A stretch of 34,570 nt of DNA from the NCBI GenBank assembly GCA_046483495.1, contig JAWODC010000011.1:1-34570 (forward strand), in the 5' to 3' direction. Positions 26,875 through 34,570 of the stretch are shown here, one piece after another. How positions within the stretch are numbered: position 1 is the first letter of the stretch; each line of letters opens with the position of its first letter. The stretch comes from Desulfobacterales bacterium. Lineage in GTDB: Bacteria; Desulfobacterota; Desulfobacteria; Desulfobacterales; UBA5616. The translations under genes were made by a program, and so were the position numbers. The notes below the pieces were generated by a model. That model did not search any database. It was not told the DNA's origin and saw nothing but the letters and a program-made list of their open reading frames with translations.

Positions 26875-28053
26875 TCAGTCTCCGATCATTTCAATAAATG
26901 CTTCTATTTTACTTCTCGATTCTTCCAGAACCTCGGGTGTATAATCGCCGCTCAATAAGAGTGTCGGTACGCCGTAATTTTCTCTGAATTTATCTTTGAA
27001 ATGACAGAGTTCCAGCCCCCTGCACTCGCAGTAATTGAGATTGTAAATGATCGCACCTTTGATTTCCCGCTCTTGCACCAACCGGTTAATATACTCCCAT
27101 CGCCATTCAGGCCATGGATTTACCAGTGTGGCGTCAACGGTATTGCGGGGGCATGGAACGGATAGGCTGTTTTTTACGATTGCGTCCAGGGGCTGCTTTC
27201 CGGTATCGAAAGAAATCCCTCTGATATAACTGGTGCCTGTGCTCAGATCCTCGGCAACCACCTGTCCGCCCGATTCCTCGATAATGCGGTACAATTCAGC
27301 GGCTTCCTGATCGATGGAAGATCCCGATAAAAACAGCCTGACCCCTTTGTTCTTGCCGCCGTCGCCTTGCCGCACGTCGTCAAGATAATCTTTCATTAGG
27401 GAATTGTGATCGGATTTGGGCATGAGAAGACTTGCAAATTCCGCTTCCCAGGCTTCATACCCCGAAACCAGCGGCGGATCCTGCTTGCGCAAAGCATCCA
27501 GTTCATCCATGTAGTGATAGTGCTCATTATAAACATCCAGGGTTTCACGCAGCATTTCGTCAGTGATATACGTATTGGTCAACCGTTCCAGGTGCTGTTT
27601 GAGAACACGGAATTGATTCAAAAGAAAATAGTGGACGCCGGTGCCCGTGACCTTCTCCGGATAATTTAAATAAAACACATAAGGATGAGCTTCCAGGCCC
27701 ATCAGAATGGTCGATTCCTTGGGGCTGGCAACCCTGTACCAGTATTCCATTCGCGAAACCAGGTCACACGTATTGGGAATAATGACGGTATCGAGGTAAT
27801 CGTAAATTCCCCGGGCGGCCAGGTCAAAACAACTTCTTACAAAACCGCACCCGTATTGAACCATATGATCATCCACGAACGCCGGCGGTTCCGAACTCCC
27901 GGTAATTTTAACCGGCAGTGCGCCGACCGCTGAAATCAATTCTTCAGGAACGACACAGCAAAAGTATCCAACCGCCTTTTTCTGATTTTTTTCTTTCCAT
28001 TCTTTAATCGCTTCGTGACGATTCTGTACCCACCATCTAAACGTCGTATTCAT
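26875..28053 (-). CDS. 2-hydroxyacyl-CoA dehydratase / aryl-CoA reductase subunit (HgdB/BcrC/BzdN family)
   Basis: AVGYFCCVVPEELISA, CGFVRS, PNTCD, GGQVVAEDL, YCEC, PTLLLSGDY, KIEAFIEM. Start placed at ATG 28053 behind GGGAGG. Confidence 0.87.
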   Translation of the reverse strand: MNTTFRWWVQNRHEAIKEWKEKNQKKAVGYFCCVVPEELISAVGALPVKITGSSEPPAFVDDHMVQYGCGFVRSCFDLAARGIYDYLDTVIIPNTCDLVSRMEYWYRVASPKESTILMGLEAHPYVFYLNYPEKVTGTGVHYFLLNQFRVLKQHLERLTNTYITDEMLRETLDVYNEHYHYMDELDALRKQDPPLVSGYEAWEAEFASLLMPKSDHNSLMKDYLDDVRQGDGGKNKGVRLFLSGSSIDQEAAELYRIIEESGGQVVAEDLSTGTSYIRGISFDTGKQPLDAIVKNSLSVPCPRNTVDATLVNPWPEWRWEYINRLVQEREIKGAIIYNLNYCECRGLELCHFKDKFRENYGVPTLLLSGDYTPEVLEESRSKIEAFIEMIGD

Positions 28054-28128
28054 AATCAACCCTCCCGATATGGTTTTGCCCGGCAAATCCTCCCGCCCGC
28101 ATACGGCTATGGAAAAGTATCCGTTATC

Positions 28129-29532
28129 TTATTTTCCGTGAGCGATAGACCCCTTTTGAAGCAATGCCTCCGCAAATGCATCGAGCCTGGTATAGGCCTG
28201 GGATTGTGCGAATATCCTTTCATCCACCAGGTCGCATTCCAGCCGGACCGTTGGGATCCCCAGTTCTCTTTCAAGTGCGTTTGAAATTTCAACCGCGGGA
28301 AATACCACAGGTCGGCAGGTAATGAGATAGGCGAGCACTACACCATCGATTTTATATTGCAGGCATTCTTCAACCATGCCCGATACCGTCGATCCGATGC
28401 CGCCGCCCCCGCTGATGCACTTTATGGCCACTTCTTTAATCGGATCTTCCGGTCTTCTGGGTCTGAGCAATCCCGTGTTGTACGCTCCCTCATAAACAAA
28501 TACCCCTCCGAAGTGCTCAAAATAATTGAAAATACCAAGGTTGAACCAGAGCGGAATGCCAAACCAGCTGAGGCGAAATTTCTCATTGGGGATAGCGCCT
28601 TCGCCTTTTGCCACCTTTTCTTTGAGTTCATCACGAAGCTTGGCGAAATAATCATGCCCTTTTTTTGTCCCCATCAGATACAGCCTGGGATACGCCGATG
28701 CAAAGCCGTCGGTGGAGGGCATGGGGGCCGGCACCGCTTTGCGGAGTTCGTTGATTTCCCGATTGACTTCGCATGTTTTATAGGACCATTCCAGGGCTTC
28801 GTTCAGCTTATCCATATCCGCCTTGTTCCCGGTCACGCTTTCCACAAAATCAAAATAGTCCTTAATTTGAGATACCATGTAATCGATTTCATAATCTGCG
28901 GGTGCAGCGACCAGAGGCGGTTCCGGATCGGTTCTTCTCAATGCTCTCTGGGTTATGGATCGGATGCTCAACGCAGGTGCCCGCGTGCCCCAGGGGCACC
29001 CGGGCGTATCCCTGGTGACTTCGGGCACGTCGAGCGTGAACAGCGGAATCTTCAACAACTGCGCCATGGCCTCGAACCATTTCATTCTCAAATCGCAGAC
29101 ATAACTTGTCGTTATCAAATAATCAGGCAGCGGAGGGCCGCCTAAAGGCACATCGGTCCAGTTGCCGGTTTTGAGACCGTCGATTACGTAGCCCAGGCCG
29201 GTTCGGCCGTATCCGCACAAATAGTCCGGATACCCTTCCGCCTCGGCGATTTCACAAAAACGGGTACAATACGTGGGGACGTTGGGGTCTCTACTTCCCC
29301 CCAGCCTTCTTGTGGAAAAAAGGGCGGAAAATTGTTCCGGAAAAAAGGGAAACACGTCTTGAGCCCAAAACAATTCCTTGGGAAAAAGTGCACATGACCA
29401 GGCTACAGGCTTGCCTTCCTTTTTCCATTGCTGACCTGCGGCATAGGTCTCCTTCTGCAAAAGCCAGGCGTCTTTCGAAGCTGATAGCGTTTTCCTTGAA
29501 GCTGCGATGGATGTTTGTTCCTTGCTTACCAT
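28129..29532 (-). CDS. 2-hydroxyacyl-CoA dehydratase / aryl-CoA reductase subunit (HgdA/BcrB/BzdO family)
   Basis: PVAW..FPKEL, AEAEGYPDYLCGY, PLPDYL..VCDLRMKWFE, NELRKAVPAP, EKFRL, ITCRP, LECDLVD, TRLDAFAE. GAGGTG RBS. Confidence 0.87.
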   Translation of the reverse strand: MVSKEQTSIAASRKTLSASKDAWLLQKETYAAGQQWKKEGKPVAWSCALFPKELFWAQDVFPFFPEQFSALFSTRRLGGSRDPNVPTYCTRFCEIAEAEGYPDYLCGYGRTGLGYVIDGLKTGNWTDVPLGGPPLPDYLITTSYVCDLRMKWFEAMAQLLKIPLFTLDVPEVTRDTPGCPWGTRAPALSIRSITQRALRRTDPEPPLVAAPADYEIDYMVSQIKDYFDFVESVTGNKADMDKLNEALEWSYKTCEVNREINELRKAVPAPMPSTDGFASAYPRLYLMGTKKGHDYFAKLRDELKEKVAKGEGAIPNEKFRLSWFGIPLWFNLGIFNYFEHFGGVFVYEGAYNTGLLRPRRPEDPIKEVAIKCISGGGGIGSTVSGMVEECLQYKIDGVVLAYLITCRPVVFPAVEISNALERELGIPTVRLECDLVDERIFAQSQAYTRLDAFAEALLQKGSIAHGK

Positions 29533-29752
29533 GGATTCACCTCATTTCTTTTATTAGGCGCCCAGAAACGGCCGGCATGCGCCATTTCTGCGTTGGAAAA
29601 GGCGTATGTATGTGTTGCCTTTTTGCTACTCCGAGCCGCTTAATAGTTGCATTTATGAGACGTCGCACGCTTTTGATTTCTCAATATGCCTGCAAAAATC
29701 TAACCCCCTTGCAGCGGCTTTTCCTGTTTGGGGAGAAGGCGGACTTTCTCTG

Positions 29753-30697
29753 TTATGAGCGTCTCATCTCAACGAGCCTCCCGATCGACTCTTTTAACTG
29801 CATTTTCAACGCTTCGGAACTGAATTGGGATTGGAATCCGATGACCTTGCGGGCTTTTTCGCCGTTCAGTCGGCACTCATAGTAGATGCTTTTGTCACTC
29901 CCCCCCAGGGGATCCTTTTGCATCTGATCGGTTGATATGCACGTGATCCTTCCTTTACCGCACCTTTCGATAACCATCTCCGCCAGTTCCACCCAGGTGA
30001 TGAAAACCCCGCTGATCAAATTGAAGGACTCGCCGAATGTCTTTTCATTGAGAGCGGCCATTCCCAGACAGAGGGCGGCGTCATCGTTGTGGATGAATTG
30101 GCCGCCCGCATAATCCGGCACATAAATGACTTCCTGATTAAGTGCCGTATCGATCATGTTCCGGACAATCTTTCCTCGAATTGCGGGATAAAAAGACCAC
30201 CAGGGACGGAAAATGCTTACCGGAAGATCATGCTGTTTATGCCAGGCCAGACAGAATTTTTCGTTGGCGACCTTTACTGCACCGTAAAGCGGCCGTCCGG
30301 ATTCTTCAGGGTGAAAGATGTGGTCCTCATCGATCGGCAATTGACGGGGTCTGCCGTAAACACGATGGGTGCTCATGAAAAGGAAATGTTTTATGCCGGC
30401 TTCAACGGCTGATGTGAGCAGATTGATATTTCCCCTGATATCGGTTTCCAAACACATATAAGGGTCGTTTGAAAAGCTTTCTGCCAGATGATAGACAACG
30501 TCAACACCCGCTAAAGCCTTACTAACCGTATCCTGGTCGGTGATGCTGCCCTTAATGATTTCAAGAGCAGGTGTTTTTATTTCCCGGACTTTTTCGGGGG
30601 CAATATCCAATACCCGAACATCGACGGAGTTGTTGACAAGATAATTCACCAGGCTTTTCCCCATGGTTCCAGCGCCGCCTGTTACTAAAGCTTTCAT
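29753..30697 (-). CDS. NAD-dependent epimerase/dehydratase (extended SDR)
   Basis: ALVTGGAGTMG, VYHLA, ST..VYG, catalytic YGAVK. Start placed at ATG 30697. Confidence 0.9.
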   Translation of the reverse strand: MKALVTGGAGTMGKSLVNYLVNNSVDVRVLDIAPEKVREIKTPALEIIKGSITDQDTVSKALAGVDVVYHLAESFSNDPYMCLETDIRGNINLLTSAVEAGIKHFLFMSTHRVYGRPRQLPIDEDHIFHPEESGRPLYGAVKVANEKFCLAWHKQHDLPVSIFRPWWSFYPAIRGKIVRNMIDTALNQEVIYVPDYAGGQFIHNDDAALCLGMAALNEKTFGESFNLISGVFITWVELAEMVIERCGKGRITCISTDQMQKDPLGGSDKSIYYECRLNGEKARKVIGFQSQFSSEALKMQLKESIGRLVEMRRS

Positions 30698-30754
30698 AAC
30701 ACTACCGCCTTGTGGTTTTGAAAGTGGAACGGACGGATGCATTGCACGACGAAA

Positions 30755-31258
30755 TCAGGGCGATCTGAAATGCAAAATAATGGTTTGTACAAATACGTCT
30801 TCGAGAAACTGCGACACGGTTTTTATCAATTTTTCTTCATTAAACCGATCCCCGGGAATGGTCTCAAGAAATCTATTTTCAAGATTTTCAACAGCGGGCC
30901 TCACCACCGTTTCTACATCGACTGTCAAGGTATGTTCATTGGCAAAAAAATCGACCGACGACCATAGGGAGTCGGGATAATAACGGTCCTCCGGATACCT
31001 GTGCAAATGTCTGGGAACGACGGATAAACGAAAACCGTAAAAATCATCTTCCGATGCTTTTTCTTCGATCCGGACGGCGTGGGACTTGTCGATGAGTTTT
31101 TCTGCAATTTTTTCCAGTATCGGTTTATACTTGTACAGGTAATCCTGCTGGAAACCGTTTCTGAATTCGGAACATCGGTTAACTTTTCTGCATACCCCCT
31201 TGTCCGCCTTTTTCAAGTCCGATTCATACTTGTCGAGTAAGTGGTCAATCCTATCCAC
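30755..31258 (-). CDS. Hypothetical protein
   Basis: 167-aa ORF with AGGAG RBS, co-oriented with its neighbours. No motif recognised. Confidence 0.6.
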   Translation of the reverse strand: MDRIDHLLDKYESDLKKADKGVCRKVNRCSEFRNGFQQDYLYKYKPILEKIAEKLIDKSHAVRIEEKASEDDFYGFRLSVVPRHLHRYPEDRYYPDSLWSSVDFFANEHTLTVDVETVVRPAVENLENRFLETIPGDRFNEEKLIKTVSQFLEDVFVQTIILHFRSP

Positions 31259-31503
31259 GATGTCTCCTGCAATTTTTCAAATCGACTTGGGCCACAGAGA
31301 AAAAACGCCATAAAAATCCACCACCATGCCCGATTTCGATTTTCATCCATCGACTCAAGCCGCTGCCCCTCTAATCTCATCAGCAGCTTGCCATCGACCG
31401 GGGTTGAAATGCCTGAGTGACGACACGGCAGCAGCATAACCGCAAAAATGAATGAAGCCGGCGGTGTTGAAAAAATCGGTGCAGGCACTGAACAGCCCGC
31501 TTC

Positions 31504-31803
31504 CTATTCCATCGGAAGGCCTAATGAATACGATTCATATTCTGTCTCCCCAATCAGGTAGCCCTTGAATTCGTCTTCATTCGCCTTGCGGGTATAGCTG
31601 GTTTCCCATGCCTCCCATGCTTTCAGATCCTCCCACATCGAGATCACTAATACGGTATTGGGATCATCGATGTTCCGAAGGGTTTCCGAGGAAATATAGC
31701 CCGGCTGCTTCATCGCACCAATACGGTTATTGACCAGAAACCGCGAGGCTGCCCGCAAATTATCGTCCTTGAATTTGCGCTTGATCAACACTTTAACGGC
31801 CAT
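31504..31803 (-). CDS. Antibiotic biosynthesis monooxygenase (ABM) domain protein
   Basis: VKVLIKR, AMKQPGYISSETL, VISMWEDLKAWEAW. Start placed at ATG 31803 behind GGAGG. Confidence 0.85.
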   Translation of the reverse strand: MAVKVLIKRKFKDDNLRAASRFLVNNRIGAMKQPGYISSETLRNIDDPNTVLVISMWEDLKAWEAWETSYTRKANEDEFKGYLIGETEYESYSLGLPME

Positions 31804-31913
31804 GATAATCCTCCTTCCGGTTATGTTCATGGAAATCGGCTGTTAATTACATTCTCTGTACTCACTAGATGCAAAATGCGTTCCATGAATCTTCAATTTG
31901 GATGGACACTATA

Positions 31914-32450
31914 CTAAGCATCATCTTCCAGGCCAAAAACGTTCGTAATGGTATTAATATAGTTAAAATAACCTGTAATTGCGACTGCTTCAAGAATTTG
32001 TGTGTCGCTGTAGCCGGATTTTTTCACCTCATCGACATCCGATTTCAGTATTTTGTAAGAATCCTTCTGTGAGGCGCGCAGGCAGAATTTCAGCAGGCGC
32101 TTCTCCTCTTCCCCGCATTCAATTTTATCTACACCGCCCATTACCTGCTCGATCTGATCTTCGCTCATGCCCAGCCTTTTAGCGATCGTCTTGTGTGCAT
32201 TGACGCACAATTTGCAGCTGTTTTCCATGGAAACCAGCAGCGCGATGCGCTCCCTAGTGGAATACGGCAGTTCTGTTTTGGAAATTAAAAAAACCTTGAC
32301 CAGGTTGTTTGTGGCAAAAAAAATGTCTTCCCGCATCGAAAGCAGTCGGGTCGTTTCATCGAGCCTTCCATCTTTGCTTAACCTCGGTTTTACCAGTTTT
32401 TGAATTTCCGGTTTCATGTCGTCAAATTCCGGGAGCGTTACATGTGCCAT
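31914..32450 (-). CDS. CMD/AhpD-like peroxidase-related protein
   Basis: RERIALLVSMENSCKLCVNAH, GYSDTQILEAV, FNYIN. Start placed at ATG 32450 behind AAGGAGG. Confidence 0.85.
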   Translation of the reverse strand: MAHVTLPEFDDMKPEIQKLVKPRLSKDGRLDETTRLLSMREDIFFATNNLVKVFLISKTELPYSTRERIALLVSMENSCKLCVNAHKTIAKRLGMSEDQIEQVMGGVDKIECGEEEKRLLKFCLRASQKDSYKILKSDVDEVKKSGYSDTQILEAVAITGYFNYINTITNVFGLEDDA

Positions 32451-32468
32451 AGGAGCCTCCTTGTCAAT

Positions 32469-32510
32469 GAGATCGTTGGGATCGTTTTGATCGTTCTGAT
32501 CGTTGGGACC
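32469..32510. repeat. Tandem 9-mer array GATCGTTNN x4
   Basis: GATCGTTGG GATCGTTTT GATCGTTCT GATCGTTGG. Same unit as the array at 18516-18671. Confidence 0.85.
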
Positions 32511-32561
32511 GATCCAAACTATGGGCGCTCGTTTCATTTCGGGTTGGGCATGCATTGATAA

Positions 32562-32577
32562 TTCAATATTCATGCCA
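32562..32577 (-). promoter_or_regulatory. Candidate sigma-54 (-24/-12) promoter for the AhpD-like gene
   Basis: Minus strand reads TGGCAT-GAATA-TTGAA against the consensus TGGCAC-N5-TTGC. GTAAC repeats lie 50-100 bp upstream. Confidence 0.45.
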
Positions 32578-33077
32578 GTACTGTAAAAAATGTAAGAGCT
32601 CCGGTATCCGGGGTAAACGTTAAAGCGTAACGCATTGCAACAAAAAGTAACTCGTTTGTAACGTTTCTGATAACGGTATTGCATCGGTGATTTCCACAGA
32701 AAGCACTTTCTGCACGTATGTCCCCATATCAGTTACGAAATAAGCGAGGGAAAAATGAAGAAGGGTGAAATGATTAAAACAACCTTGCCGGCCCTTAACT
32801 TAACTTTCGGCTTCCATGCGAGGGGGGAGCGATTTGGGCCATTTGCAGGCTCGGATGCTGTCTGAGCCGAAAAGGCCCATTACAGGCGCTGGACAAGCAA
32901 ATACAATTCAAGAGCTATCCCGTCTCACTCGTCGCGCCCGTCTCGATTTTCTAGTCGGCGAACTGCCCGATCCGATTTGCCATAAACCCAGATAGATCCT
33001 TTATGCTTTTATCCGATGTCCTGCTTTATCAGCTGCTTAAAAAAATTCGACGATTACCTTGAAACACTGCCGGCATT

Positions 33078-33341
33078 TTAGTGCGAATGTGTGTGTATCT
33101 CGCCATCGTGACCCGGATGCGGGTGATCATGATCGCCGTGCTCTCCTCCGTCATGCGTATGGTTATGAACGTGAAAGTCATGGCTGTGTTCATGTTCATG
33201 CATGTGCTGATGTAAATGGTCATGCGTATGGACATGGGTATGCTCGTGGGTATGCGTCTTATCTTCATGAATATGCTCATGGGTGTGAGAATGTTCGTGT
33301 TCATGCCCATGAACATGCTCGTGTTCATGTTTTCCTTTCAT
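33078..33341 (-). CDS. Small histidine-rich putative metal-binding protein
   Basis: 87 aa with 36 His in HxHxH runs. Strong AAGGAGG RBS. Codons vary between units, so this is not a simple DNA tandem repeat. Confidence 0.8.
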   Translation of the reverse strand: MKGKHEHEHVHGHEHEHSHTHEHIHEDKTHTHEHTHVHTHDHLHQHMHEHEHSHDFHVHNHTHDGGEHGDHDHPHPGHDGEIHTHSH

Positions 33342-33688
33342 GTTTTTCCTCCTTTTTTTAGGACTGGGAATGCGTCTTAGTAATTATTCTCTCGTCTCAT
33401 CAAAGTTTGCCTCCCCTATCATTTTACATAATGTTACATTGGAACACCCACGTAAATAGAGTCAAACATGTAAAAGCAGGATAAAGGGCATATATTGAAG
33501 GGGTTGTTTTGTTGCCGTATTCTGATTTGCCGCGAATTTTGCATCGGAAATCTCGTTAGCGCCCTTACAGATTGGAATAAAGGCAAAACCCCATTCAAAA
33601 ATTTCGACGCTAATCATATGAATATGTTTCGAATCGTAAACACGAAGGATTCAAAAACGAGAAATATGCGGCATTGGATCGATGAGAA

Positions 33689-34168
33689 ATGGATCTGAGT
33701 TTTCAAACGATTGTGTTTTGGCTCTCGACCGGCTTGGGTCTCGGATATGTGCCGCTGGTGCCGGGAGCTGCAGGAGCCCTCGCAGGTGCAATCCTCGCTT
33801 TTGGTCTTAAGCGCCTTCAGTTCCGGACGCGGACAGCTGCCGTTGCGGTCTTCATCGCCGTATCGATCCCGATCTGCGAATTCGGGTCACAACCTTATGG
33901 AGGACAGGACCATTCAAGCATCGTGGCCGATGAGCTGTTTGCCTTCCCATTGACCACTTTAACGTTATCGATGCGAAGCCGACCGGTTCATTTCGCAGGC
34001 ATATTTATCGTTAATCGAGTGCTGGACAGGCTGAAGCCGCCCCCGGCCGGAATTGCCGAGCGGCTGCCGGGCGGTTTCGGGATTGTGATGGATGATGTTG
34101 TTGCAAACACCTGGATATTGATCTTCGTGACGATCGGTCATTATATGCTTCGAAAAAAGCACTTATAG
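33689..34168 (+). CDS. pgpA: Phosphatidylglycerophosphatase A family protein
   Basis: STGLGLGYVP..PG, DHSSIVADE, RVLDRLKP, LPGGFGIVMDD. Confidence 0.88.
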   Translation: MDLSFQTIVFWLSTGLGLGYVPLVPGAAGALAGAILAFGLKRLQFRTRTAAVAVFIAVSIPICEFGSQPYGGQDHSSIVADELFAFPLTTLTLSMRSRPVHFAGIFIVNRVLDRLKPPPAGIAERLPGGFGIVMDDVVANTWILIFVTIGHYMLRKKHL

Positions 34169-34170
34169 AT

Positions 34171-34314
34171 AGTGTCCATCCATAAATGGCCCTTTCACGC
34201 GATTTCTGCGTTGGACACAAAATCGAAATCCTCAAAATAGCACACTATTCCTGCGGTTTCGATCTTGCGCCCGCCTTGAACTCACGCGAAATTGCCTATT
34301 TCTGGATGGACACG
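34171..34314. mobile_element. 144-bp palindromic MITE/REP-like element, copy B
   Basis: Collinear near-identical copy of 6039-6182, starting 2 bp after the pgpA stop codon. Confidence 0.8.
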
Positions 34315-34340
34315 GATAATTTTTATGAAATCGACGGCCT

Positions 34341-34396
34341 GCGGAGCCGATTTTGACCTGCTGATTTGTCTGCAGACCAAAAGAGGCTCCGCTTTT
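34341..34396. terminator. Long hairpin between convergent genes, possible terminator
   Basis: GCGGAGCC..TTTTG..CTGC / GCAG..CAAAA..GGCTCCGC followed by TTTT. Confidence 0.5.
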
Positions 34397-34403
34397 ATAA
34401 TCA

Positions 34404-34570
34404 TCAAAATCTTTGTTTTTGTAAGCTGATACTGTTTTGCGATTTGCTTACCATCGCATCGAATTTCTTCTCCAGATTTTCGTCTTGCCGGACCTCCTTG
34501 ATAATATTATTGTATGTTTGAAAATCAAGCCCCACACTTTGGACGGCATCGACCATTCTTTGATTGGCAT
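34404..34570 (-). CDS. Partial gene (3' end), DUF4168-like helical protein
   Basis: Not in the ORF track. Manual translation gives ANQRMVDAVQSVGLDFQTYNNIIKEVRQDENLEKKF...KQRF*, resembling the DUF4168 pattern (M..A....GL....YN.I....QD..L). Confidence 0.55.
   Translation of the reverse strand, partial: ANQRMVDAVQSVGLDFQTYNNIIKEVRQDENLEKKFDAMVSKSQNSISLQKQRF

Noticed and set aside
32451..32684. N-terminal extension of the AhpD-like ORF (256-aa version)
   Set aside because: It runs through the 9-mer array and promoter-like DNA. A strong RBS supports the ATG at 32450.
32755..32880. Short ORF (MKKGEMIKTT...) and hairpin GGCTCGGA/TCTGAGCC as leader peptide or riboswitch
   Set aside because: No downstream co-oriented gene and no recognisable riboswitch consensus. 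Support is too weak.

Overview
Bacterial DNA with no rRNA, tRNA, CRISPR array or transposase. Gene content and repeat style suggest a strict anaerobe, probably Desulfobacterota (inference). The window starts in the tail of a surface-glycan locus (sulfotransferase, GT2). It continues through a mosaic of accessory genes: UPF0182 membrane protein, an (R)-amine-transaminase-like class IV aminotransferase, PNPOx-like protein, TspO, enoyl-CoA hydratase, CGGC protein, PQQ sugar dehydrogenase, two CMD/AhpD-like proteins, a DUF35 + thiolase pair, an MFS transporter, a two-gene heteromeric acyl-CoA dehydrogenase, a crtQ/crtO-like pair with an ABC-2 exporter, a 720-aa multiheme fusion protein, a cobO remnant, a four-gene class I aryl-CoA-reductase-like operon, an SDR epimerase, an ABM protein, a small protein with 36 His in 87 aa, pgpA and a partial DUF4168-like gene. 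Most interesting: (1) a single-chain membrane-spanning fusion of a monoheme c domain, CopD-like helices, a cytochrome b5 domain and an HAO-family octaheme domain; (2) the reductase-like operon with two different ATPase subunits; (3) a family of ~130-145 bp palindromic intergenic elements with conserved loops and covarying stems; (4) crtQ/crtO plus exporter with no carotenoid backbone genes, preceded by a GATC-rich inverted 9-mer array; (5) the alternating-His protein. All family calls come from motif recognition by eye, not database searches.
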